Source: Candidatus Woesearchaeota archaeon CG07_land_8_20_14_0_80_44_23 (GTDB taxonomy: Archaea > Nanobdellota > Nanobdellia > Woesearchaeales > 0-14-0-80-44-23). Taken from it: a stretch of DNA of 33,170 nucleotides. The translations under genes were made by a program, and so were the position numbers. Location: NCBI GenBank assembly GCA_002779235.1, contig PEXD01000077.1, positions 1-33,170 of the forward strand. The letters are read 5' to 3'. Below are positions 1-6,702 of the stretch, one piece after another (positions within the stretch are counted from its first letter, which is position 1; each line of letters opens with the position of its first letter). Under the pieces are notes generated by a model. The model was not told the origin of the DNA and did not search any database. It saw only the letters and a program-made list of their open reading frames with translations.

Positions 1-26
1 TATATTCCAGCTCTTTCAGAGTATTT

Positions 27-198
27 GCCTTTCTGGAGAAGGGCTTTGGTATTTAAAGCTAGCCAAAAACAGCGCCTGTGCATCTTTTTAAATGCTTTGC
101 ATTTTTAGGCACAAAGACAGGGTCTTGTGCAAGGACAAGGTCCTGCACAAGAAATGCATTGCATTTCGTTGTGCCAAAAGCGCTTTGCGCTTTTAGGC
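27..198. repeat. Chain of at least six short imperfect palindromes (hairpins) that abut or share arms, downstream of the ABC permease gene
   Basis: Read directly: GCCTTTC/GAAGGGC (27-44). AAATGC ttt GCATTT (90-104). GCACAAAGAC agg GTCTTGTGC (109-130). GTGCAAGGAC aag GTCCTGCAC (127-148). GCACAAGAAATGC att GCATTTCGTTGTGC (145-174). GCCAAAAGCGC ttt GCGCTTTTAGGC (173-198). Most have 3-nt loops and a single-base bulge. TTTTAGGCAC recurs at 103-112 and 191-200. Confidence 0.6.
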
Positions 199-395
199 AC
201 TATGCGGAAAAGTGAGTAAAAAGTGAGGATTGATAGGGTTTGGCAGGATTTTATGTATTATTCAATGGAATAACGCGCCTTGCTTTATAAGCCGTGAAGA
301 GATTGTGTAATCATAAGAATATTAAGAGATTATTAAAAGATTAGAAGGAGGAAATGAAGGGGGAATCCGACGACAAAAGAAGTATACAAAAATAT

Positions 396-2423
396 TTATT
401 TCTTTGAATACAGCTTCTTCTTTTTCTCTGCAATCTTCTGCTTCAGCTCCTCTATTTTCCTGAGGTGCTTCTCATATGCTGATTTGAATTCCTGCTCGAG
501 CTCCTTCTTGCTCTCTGTCTTCAGGATTTTCTCTGCCAGCGCCTCTTCCCTTATGTTTGAGCGCACCCACTCTGCAAACTCCTCCTTGCTGTGCCTGGCA
601 AACTCCTCGGAATCCATCTTCTCCAGAAGTTCTATGAGTTCTGAAAGCGTGCCGGCGCTGCTTATAGGGCTCTGCTGCTTTTCAGCCAATCCTTCCAATT
701 CAAGAACAGGAATCTCTTTTGGCTTTTTCTCGACAAGCGGCTGTTCCTTCTTGATTCCCAGTTTGCGCCCGAAGTGCACTATGACAAATATCAGGGCAAT
801 CATGAGCAGACTGTATCCTAAGAGCAGGAAAAACTCATTTCCTATTGCATATAGAGGTGTTTCAAATATTATGGCGCGCCTAAGCAGGAGCTCTGAAATC
901 ACAAAGGGATTGTATTTTGCAATCTTCATGACATAGGCGGGCATGCTCTCAAGCGGCAGCACAACGCTTGAGGTGAGCAGCAGCAGGCTGGAGATTGAGA
1001 TTGCTCCCAGGGTTGCTGTCTCCTCAGAGTGGAAAAGATAGCCAATTATTATGCCGAGAAGGGTGAAGAAGGTGGCTATGAACAGCAGCAGCACAAGCAC
1101 TGTGGGCAGCATCCTTATTATCTGCGCCTTGAAGAATATTATTGAGATAAAAAGCATGATAACTATCTGTATTGACGAGAGAATCATGTTTGTCAGGTAT
1201 GCTCCTGTTATGAAGACATCTTCCCTTGTCGGGGTTATGATGTTCCTGAAGTGGGCGCTCGAGCGCTTCTCTGTTATTATTATTGTTGTGGAGAAGACCA
1301 CGCTTATGAACATGGTGAGCATCGTAATAAGTATCGGGAACATGTAGCCGAGATATGACTGTGTTGTAACCGGCTTTATCAGAGTAGAGACAGGGCTCGC
1401 TATGGCCCCTGCGCTCTGGGATGATGTGCTTTGCAGGTTGTCTGTTATTGAGTTGAATGAGCTTTGGAGAAGGGCAATCTTCTTTATGCTGCTGTCCAGG
1501 GTGGCTTTTATCGCGTCAATCTGCCCGGAGATGTTTGTCCTCGCAGAGGATGCCGCATCAAACTTCGCCTTTGTCTCGTCAAGCTTTGCCTCGACTGCGG
1601 TGATGAGAGTATCCAGGTCTGTTTCGTTTGTGGCGTTTGCCGATGAGAAGCTGGTTTCCAGCGAAGAAAGGTCTGCCAGGGCGGCATCAATCGTTGGTAT
1701 TATGCTGCTGTCATTGGTTTGACTTCTTATGTTAGAAAGAGCATCCCTGCTTGTGTTTATCGCATCAAGCCCTGCAGTATTCAGCTCGCTCATCCTTGCC
1801 CTGACATACTCTATGTTGAAGCTCTGGGTGTTCATTGAAAGGTCAAGCCCTGAGAGCTGGGATTTTATGGAAAGCATCTGCTGCCCTGCCTGCCCATTGG
1901 ATGTTGAGAGCTCTGTAAGTGTGGATTTTCTCGCATTCAGCTCAGAGATTGTGTCTTCAATCTTCTGAAGGAGGGTGCCGGCAAGGCTCATGCTTATCTC
2001 TGTGGCGCGCTCAGAAATCTTTGAGAAAAGGGTGTCCCTGACCATCCAGACAAGGTTCACCTTTGAATAGTCGACGTAGAATGTCACGTTGCTGGTGGCG
2101 TTTCCGCTCACCTGGAAACCGGGCGGAAAAATTATGCATGTATGCGAGATTCCCTGCCTGATGCTGTCTACGCACTTCTGCTCTGAGTCAAACTTCAGGG
2201 TCCTGAACTGGGACGAGGAAAGCTTTCCCAGGAAGGAGTTTATGTCATCTGTGTAAGTTGGCGAATACACACCCACATTTATTCTGTAGGCGTTGGAGTT
2301 GTTGAATGCCAGCCCCGCGAGGAAGATAAGAAGGAGGGGCCCCAGTATCACAATCATTGCAGAGCCCTTGGACTTGACAAGCAGTCTTATGTTCTTCTTT
2401 ATTATCTCAAAAATCTTGCTCAT
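396..2423 (-). CDS. ABC-2-type transporter permease, YhgE/Pip-like architecture: N-terminal TM, a coiled-coil-like ectodomain of about 330 aa, five C-terminal TMs and a 124-aa charged cytoplasmic tail
   Basis: 675-aa ORF. It has an N-terminal hydrophobic span (IVILGPLLLIFLAGLAF). A long S/T/A/L/N-rich helical region follows. Then comes a hydrophobic block (YMFPILITMLTMFISVVF ... LLGYSLLMIALIFVIVHF). It starts 1 nt after the stop of the ATPase gene upstream on the same strand. Confidence 0.75.
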   Translation of the reverse strand: MSKIFEIIKKNIRLLVKSKGSAMIVILGPLLLIFLAGLAFNNSNAYRINVGVYSPTYTDDINSFLGKLSSSQFRTLKFDSEQKCVDSIRQGISHTCIIFPPGFQVSGNATSNVTFYVDYSKVNLVWMVRDTLFSKISERATEISMSLAGTLLQKIEDTISELNARKSTLTELSTSNGQAGQQMLSIKSQLSGLDLSMNTQSFNIEYVRARMSELNTAGLDAINTSRDALSNIRSQTNDSSIIPTIDAALADLSSLETSFSSANATNETDLDTLITAVEAKLDETKAKFDAASSARTNISGQIDAIKATLDSSIKKIALLQSSFNSITDNLQSTSSQSAGAIASPVSTLIKPVTTQSYLGYMFPILITMLTMFISVVFSTTIIITEKRSSAHFRNIITPTREDVFITGAYLTNMILSSIQIVIMLFISIIFFKAQIIRMLPTVLVLLLFIATFFTLLGIIIGYLFHSEETATLGAISISSLLLLTSSVVLPLESMPAYVMKIAKYNPFVISELLLRRAIIFETPLYAIGNEFFLLLGYSLLMIALIFVIVHFGRKLGIKKEQPLVEKKPKEIPVLELEGLAEKQQSPISSAGTLSELIELLEKMDSEEFARHSKEEFAEWVRSNIREEALAEKILKTESKKELEQEFKSAYEKHLRKIEELKQKIAEKKKKLYSKK

Positions 2424-2424
2424 T

Positions 2425-3426
2425 TTATCTCTTCCTTACAACTTTCTTGAAAACCTCATTGAGCGAGGGCCTTGCCACATTGACGTTGACGATGCTGTCC
2501 TGGGAGTCCTTGACTGCCTGCAGCAGGTGGTGCAGAACCGCCTCTGCTTCAGGAGTGTAGATTACAAGCTTCTGCCCCCTGTCAACAACATGGCTTATCT
2601 CAATCATCCTGACTTTTTTCAGCTTCTCAACAATCAGCTCGTAATTGCCGTTGGCTGTCTGCAGGTGTATCTCCTTGTTGCTGCTGAGGCTTTTGCTCAG
2701 CTGCTCTATAGTGCCTATTTCCGCAATAATGCCATCGTTAAGTATCGCTATCCTGTCGCAGAGATACTCAAGCTCTGAAAGGAAGTGGGATGCGATGATT
2801 ACTGTCTTGCCCTCTTTGTTTATTCTCTTGAACAGCCTTATCAGGTCTGCCCTTGTTATCGGGTCCAGATCTGCAGTTGGCTCATCAAGTATGAGTATTG
2901 ACGGGTTGTGGATTAGGGCGCAGGCTATGTCCAGCTTCTTCTGCATCCCTCCAGAGAGAAATTTTCCCTCAAGGTTTTCAAACCCTGAAAGTCCCACAAG
3001 CCTGAGGGCACGCTTTATGTTCTCTGCTGCCAGCTCAGGAGGAAGGTCGTATAATGCAGCAAAATATTCAAGGTTCTGGATTACAGTGAGCTCGTGGTAG
3101 AAGGAGCCCCTCTGGGCTGCGAAGCCGACAAGGTTCCTTATGGCAAACGGGTTCTTGAACACTGACTGGAACTTTTCGCCCTCGAGCACCCTGTTTGACT
3201 TGAAAAGCACATCCCCTGCATTAGGGTTCAGGGCGCCTATAATGGTTGTCAGGAGGGTGGTCTTGCCTGAGCCGCTCATCCCTATTATCCCAAACAGCTC
3301 CTTTTCTTTTACCTCAAAGTCGATTTTCTTAAGGATGCAGTGCTTGCCGAAGCTTACAGAAATGCCCTTGACTCTGAGAACATCATCCCTTGAATGCTTC
3401 TGCTTTTCTGCCGCCTGCTTGTCCAT
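2425..3426 (-). CDS. ABC transporter ATP-binding protein (ABC-2/DrrA-CcmA-like, with a C-terminal accessory domain)
   Basis: Walker A GMSGSGKTT, ABC signature LSGGMQKK, Walker B ILILDEPT, H-loop IIASH. 333 aa, tightly coupled to the permease gene. Confidence 0.95.
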   Translation of the reverse strand: MDKQAAEKQKHSRDDVLRVKGISVSFGKHCILKKIDFEVKEKELFGIIGMSGSGKTTLLTTIIGALNPNAGDVLFKSNRVLEGEKFQSVFKNPFAIRNLVGFAAQRGSFYHELTVIQNLEYFAALYDLPPELAAENIKRALRLVGLSGFENLEGKFLSGGMQKKLDIACALIHNPSILILDEPTADLDPITRADLIRLFKRINKEGKTVIIASHFLSELEYLCDRIAILNDGIIAEIGTIEQLSKSLSSNKEIHLQTANGNYELIVEKLKKVRMIEISHVVDRGQKLVIYTPEAEAVLHHLLQAVKDSQDSIVNVNVARPSLNEVFKKVVRKR

Positions 3427-3452
3427 TAGCTTCTCCTCTAAACGAGTTCATG

Positions 3453-3462
3453 TAAAATAAAA
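3453..3462 (-). promoter_or_regulatory. Candidate TATA element for the ABC operon (TTTTATTTTA on the minus strand)
   Basis: A/T box centred about 31 nt upstream of the ATPase ATG (3426). This spacing fits an archaeal short-leader or leaderless promoter. Confidence 0.35.
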
Positions 3463-3524
3463 GGTTATGCAACTACTTTAAAGAGATAAAAAAGGTTTCA
3501 ATTTCAATTGAAGGCTTGGACAGG

Positions 3525-3532
3525 TTTAAATA
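3525..3532 (+). promoter_or_regulatory. Candidate TATA box TTTAAATA for the wHTH regulator gene
   Basis: Near-consensus archaeal TATA about 33 nt upstream of the ATG at 3562. It lies inside the longer ORF-track version (3508), which argues for the 3562 start. Confidence 0.45.
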
Positions 3533-3561
3533 ATACTTCTGGTTTCTGTTTCTTGATTGAT

Positions 3562-4149
3562 ATGGCTGAAAAAAAGTCATTCATACTGCTCTCGCTTGAC
3601 GAGAAGAGGATAAAGAAGATTGCAGAGGCGCTCTCCAGCGAGACAGCCCACAAGATACTTGACTTCCTGGCTGAAAAGGGCTCTGCCACAGAAACAGAAA
3701 TCTCAAAGTTGCTTATGCTTCCAATCTCAACTGTCCACTACAACCTCAGGAACCTGATGGAGAGCACACTGGTTTCTGCCAAAGAGTTCCACTACAGCGA
3801 GAAGGGAAAAGAGGTGAACCACTATTCCCTTGCAAACAGGTACATAATTATTGCGCCGAAGGGTGAGGAAAAGACAAGGGAAGAGATAAAGTCTGCGCTG
3901 TTCGCCACTGCTATTGTCGGACTGGGAGCAGTTGCGCTCTGGCTCTTCTCAAAGGCAGGGCGCTCATTCTCAAAAGCATCTTCCTTCAGCGTGCAGTCGG
4001 CAAAATCTGCAGAGATGCTGATGGAGAGCACGGCCTCAGCCGCGCCTGTCCAAGCAGCACCTCAGACCTGGCCCTGGTTCCTCGCAGGCGGAGTTGTGGC
4101 AGTCCTGGCATTTGTGGCAGTAAGCGCAATAATCAGAAGAAGACGTTGA
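3562..4149 (+). CDS. Membrane-anchored winged-helix (ArsR-like) transcriptional regulator
   Basis: wHTH signature IKKIAEALSSETAHKILDFLAEKGSATETEISKLLMLPISTVHYNLRNL plus wing (FHYSEKGKEVNHYSL). Two C-terminal hydrophobic spans (ALFATAIVGLGAVALWLF and WPWFLAGGVVAVLAFVAVSAII) end in RRRR. Divergent from the ABC operon. Confidence 0.7.
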   Translation: MAEKKSFILLSLDEKRIKKIAEALSSETAHKILDFLAEKGSATETEISKLLMLPISTVHYNLRNLMESTLVSAKEFHYSEKGKEVNHYSLANRYIIIAPKGEEKTREEIKSALFATAIVGLGAVALWLFSKAGRSFSKASSFSVQSAKSAEMLMESTASAAPVQAAPQTWPWFLAGGVVAVLAFVAVSAIIRRRR

Positions 4150-4186
4150 TTTTTTGCTCATCCTTATTCTTATTTATTCTTGTCTT
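4150..4186 (+). terminator. T-rich tract after the regulator gene (candidate archaeal oligo-T terminator)
   Basis: TTTTTTGCTCATCCTTATTCTTATTTATTCTTGTCTT directly follows the stop. The 12-mer TTATTTATTCTT recurs after the eL14 stop (about 29090-29101). Confidence 0.4.
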
Positions 4187-4189
4187 ACT

Positions 4190-4300
4190 GAAAAGCCGCC
4201 TACTTCGCACCCCGAAGGGGCCAACCCCCGCGAAGTCAGCCGTCTGCAAGACCTTCACCTGGTTTGGTCTTGCACTTGCAGACGGCTACGGTGGCTTTTC
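4190..4300 (+). ncRNA. Candidate structured RNA or palindromic element: 111-nt GC-rich three-way junction of unknown family
   Basis: Closing stem GAAAAGCCGCC (4190-4200) / GGTGGCTTTTC (4290-4300) has one G-T pair, which is a G-U wobble only on the + strand. Arm 1 is CTTCGC (4203-4208) / GCGAAG (4230-4235), enclosing CCCC/GGGG alternatives. Arm 2 is a perfect 12-bp stem GCCGTCTGCAAG (4239-4250) / CTTGCAGACGGC (4275-4286). It is flanked by AT-rich DNA, with a TATA-like TTATTTAT about 20 nt upstream and CTTTTC at the 3' end. Confidence 0.35.
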
Positions 4301-4305
4301 CCAGC

Positions 4306-4319
4306 ATAAATATTAAATA
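4306..4319 (+). promoter_or_regulatory. Candidate TATA region (ATAAATATTAAATA) for the mbf1-to-GT-C gene block
   Basis: The only strong A/T box between the GC-rich element and the mbf1 start, about 40 nt upstream of ATG 4353. Confidence 0.35.
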
Positions 4320-4352
4320 GGCGTTCCAATAAACCTTCTGCTGGTGGTGGAC

Positions 4353-4826
4353 ATGATTTGCGACCTGTGCGGAAAGGAGAGCGAGGACTCCTACAAGGCA
4401 ATAATAGAAGGCACTGAGATGAATGTGTGCGCTGACTGCGCAAGGTTTGGAAAGGTTGTAGGCAGGAAGGCGGCTCCAAGGAAGGAGGAAAAGAGGGGCG
4501 TTGTCCAAAGGCACATTGAGAAAGGGCCTGAGCTTGTGGAATCAGTAATCCCGGAATTTTACAAGAAGATAAGGCAGAAGAGAGAGCAGATGGGGCTCAA
4601 GCAGGAGGATTTCTCAAAGATGCTCTCAATAAAGGAGTCAATGCTCCACAAAATGGAAATCGGCGAGTTCATTCCAGCAATAGCACTTGCAAAGAAAATA
4701 GAGCACGTTCTCAAGATAAAGATTGTTGAGCAGGCTGAGGAAAAGCCCGAGCACGCAATGGCTCAGAGGAAAGCAGAGGGGCCGATGACAATAGGGGACA
4801 TGATAAAAATAAAGGAGAAAAAATAA
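4353..4826 (+). CDS. mbf1: Archaeal multiprotein bridging factor 1 (zinc ribbon plus Cro/C1-type HTH)
   Basis: N-terminal CDLCG..x..CADCARFG zinc ribbon. C-terminal XRE-type HTH (IRQKREQMGLKQEDFSKMLSIKESMLHKMEIGEFIP). ATG at 4353 is preferred over the in-frame GTG at 4344. Confidence 0.85.
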   Translation: MICDLCGKESEDSYKAIIEGTEMNVCADCARFGKVVGRKAAPRKEEKRGVVQRHIEKGPELVESVIPEFYKKIRQKREQMGLKQEDFSKMLSIKESMLHKMEIGEFIPAIALAKKIEHVLKIKIVEQAEEKPEHAMAQRKAEGPMTIGDMIKIKEKK

Positions 4827-5159
4827 ATGGAAGAAATTGATTTTTCATACTGGAAAAAATTGGAGATTGTTTCAGGAAAAATTATTTCATGTGAACATGT
4901 CCCAAAGACAGAAAAACTCTATAAATTAAAAGTTGATATCGGTAAAAAAACAATTCAGCTAATAACAAGCCTTGTGCCGTATTACTCAATTGAAGAAATT
5001 ACGGGAAAAAACATAATTGTCTTAAAAAATTTGAAGAAAGCAAAATTTGGCGGGGAAATTTCAGAAGGGATGCTTCTTTGCGCAGAAAGCGAAGATGGGA
5101 AAACCTGCGTGCTTCTCTCTCCTGAAAAAGAAGTTCCGCCTGGCACAAGGGTAACGTGA
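4827..5159 (+). CDS. Stand-alone tRNA-binding domain protein (Trbp111/CsaA/EMAP-II-like OB fold)
   Basis: Hallmark pattern LEIVSGKIISCEHVPKTEKLYKLKVDIGKKTIQLITSLVPYY..GKNIIVLKNLKKAKFGGEISEGMLLCAE. The ATG abuts the mbf1 stop (TAAATG). Confidence 0.8.
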   Translation: MEEIDFSYWKKLEIVSGKIISCEHVPKTEKLYKLKVDIGKKTIQLITSLVPYYSIEEITGKNIIVLKNLKKAKFGGEISEGMLLCAESEDGKTCVLLSPEKEVPPGTRVT

Positions 5160-5163
5160 CGAA

Positions 5164-6699
5164 ATGAAAAAAAGGGAAGTTCCAAAGCCCAAGAGGGAGA
5201 AAGAGTTCTGGCTCATACTGATATTTATAGCAGCGCTGGCGTTCAGGCTTTTTTTTGCCCTCAGGACCAGCGGATTCACAGGGGACGATTCCTACTTCAA
5301 CCTCAGGCAGATAGAAAGCATAAAAAAATCAGGAATGCCTATACTCCATGACAATCTGAGCTATTCCGGAAGAACCTTCGCATTCCTTCCGGGCATGCAT
5401 TACCTGCTGGCGGGGATAAGCTTTATTTTTTCGCGGTTTATATCAAATGAAATCCTTTTCAAGATAGTCCTGAATTTCTTTGCTGCAACAGCAGCAATAA
5501 TTGCATACATGATAATCTTTGAGCTTTCGCACAACAGGAATGCCGGGCTTGTTGCCGCATTTGCAACTGCTTTTTCCCCCATATTCCTTAACAGCACAAT
5601 AAACTCGATAAGCACTTTCTCAATAAGCATACCGCTGAATCTCCTGCTGGTTTACTTCTTCATAAAAAGCGAGTATGACATGAGGGCTGTCACAAGGTTC
5701 ATGGCAGTCCTGATTCTTGCCTCCTTCACCGACTCGCTTGTGATGATACTCCTTATAGGAATAATATTTTACATTCTTATGATAAGCACAGAGGATATGC
5801 CTGAAAGCCCATCGCGGCTTGAGTTGGTGATATTCTCAATAATTTTTGTCTTCTGGGTAAATTTCATAGTGTTCAAGTCCGCCTTCCTCGCCCACGGGGT
5901 TGGGATGATATGGAGGAACATACCCTCTGCCATAAGCTCACAGTATTTCTTTAGGATAAACATTATAAACATAATCTACAGAATCAATGTAATACCCTTC
6001 ATTGCAGGGATTTATGTCCTCTATAATTATACAATCAGGGAGAAGAAAAAGAACATATACATATTTGCAGGAATAATTTTTGTGCTGCTCATGATGCTCT
6101 GGCTGAAGCTTGTGGAGTTTTGGATAGGGCTGATGCTTATAAGCATATTCTTCGCCCTCCTGCTGGGCTACTTTTACCATTCGCTGTCCTCTTACCTGGC
6201 AAAAACAAAAATAGCAGGAAAGCTGGAGGGGATAGCTGCAGTTTTCATCTCGCTTCTCATTGTTTCTACTGTGGCAAGCGCCTGGCAGTACGCTAATAGT
6301 GCATCAGCCGATTCGCTATCCCAAAATCAGGAGGAAGCGCTGAATTTCTTAGCTGAAGTTCAGTCAGAGGAGGCAGTAATTTCAGCGCCGGAGTCAGGAA
6401 TGCTCATAGAATATTTCTCAAAGAAGAAGACTGTCATGGACTCTGAGTTTCTGATGATACCAAACATAAATGAGAGGTACGCTGATATCAAAACCCTGTA
6501 CCAAACACCCTATGAGACAAAGGCACTGGAGATAATGGACAAGTATGATGCTGACATAATATACCTTTCAGACACTGAGAGAGAGGAATTCAGCATAATC
6601 TCCCTCAAGTTTGTCGGGGATGAAAAATGCTTTGAGCTGCTTTACAATAACTCAGTAATGATATACAGGAAGCTTTGCAGGCTTGGAACTGCCGGATAA
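5164..6699 (+). CDS. GT-C-fold integral membrane glycosyltransferase (STT3/AglB- or PMT-like layout), paralog 1
   Basis: 511 aa, polytopic (more than 10 hydrophobic spans). The first loop carries an acidic motif GDDSYFNLRQIE. A C-terminal soluble domain follows (EEAVISAPESGMLIEYF...YDADIIYLSD). Shares LS(Y/F)SGRT(F/Y) and the C-terminal layout with the next ORF. Confidence 0.6.
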   Translation: MKKREVPKPKREKEFWLILIFIAALAFRLFFALRTSGFTGDDSYFNLRQIESIKKSGMPILHDNLSYSGRTFAFLPGMHYLLAGISFIFSRFISNEILFKIVLNFFAATAAIIAYMIIFELSHNRNAGLVAAFATAFSPIFLNSTINSISTFSISIPLNLLLVYFFIKSEYDMRAVTRFMAVLILASFTDSLVMILLIGIIFYILMISTEDMPESPSRLELVIFSIIFVFWVNFIVFKSAFLAHGVGMIWRNIPSAISSQYFFRINIINIIYRINVIPFIAGIYVLYNYTIREKKKNIYIFAGIIFVLLMMLWLKLVEFWIGLMLISIFFALLLGYFYHSLSSYLAKTKIAGKLEGIAAVFISLLIVSTVASAWQYANSASADSLSQNQEEALNFLAEVQSEEAVISAPESGMLIEYFSKKKTVMDSEFLMIPNINERYADIKTLYQTPYETKALEIMDKYDADIIYLSDTEREEFSIISLKFVGDEKCFELLYNNSVMIYRKLCRLGTAG

Positions 6700-6702
6700 A
6701 AA

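Noticed and set aside
354-407. 17-codon mini-ORF (MKGESDDKRSIQKYLFL) preceded by a strong AGGAGG
   Set aside because: It is too short to evaluate, it overlaps the permease stop region on the opposite strand, and it has no conservation evidence. The purine-rich stretch may be coincidental.
3508-3561. Longer N-termini given by the ORF track (3508 for the regulator, 9402 for the Trx-like protein, 10048 for the third GT-C, 28647 for eL14)
   Set aside because: The extended parts overlap promoter elements or upstream genes and encode non-homologous sequence. Internal ATGs with better context (a TATA at the right distance, an SD, or short coupling overlaps) give proteins that start where homologs do.
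4190-4300. Considered that the three-way-junction element is a 5S rRNA or an intron-containing tRNA
   Set aside because: The length and three-helix topology superficially fit 5S. However, the arm-length order is wrong on the favoured strand, there is no loop-E- or loop-C-like conserved sequence, and perfect 12-bp stems are atypical for 5S. There is no T-loop (GTTCRA) or cloverleaf for a tRNA.
4236-4514. 92-aa and 74-aa minus-strand ORFs spanning the GC-rich element and the mbf1 start
   Set aside because: They overlap the mbf1 zinc-ribbon coding region and the palindromic element. They are an open frame by chance in GC-rich palindromic sequence and show no coding features.
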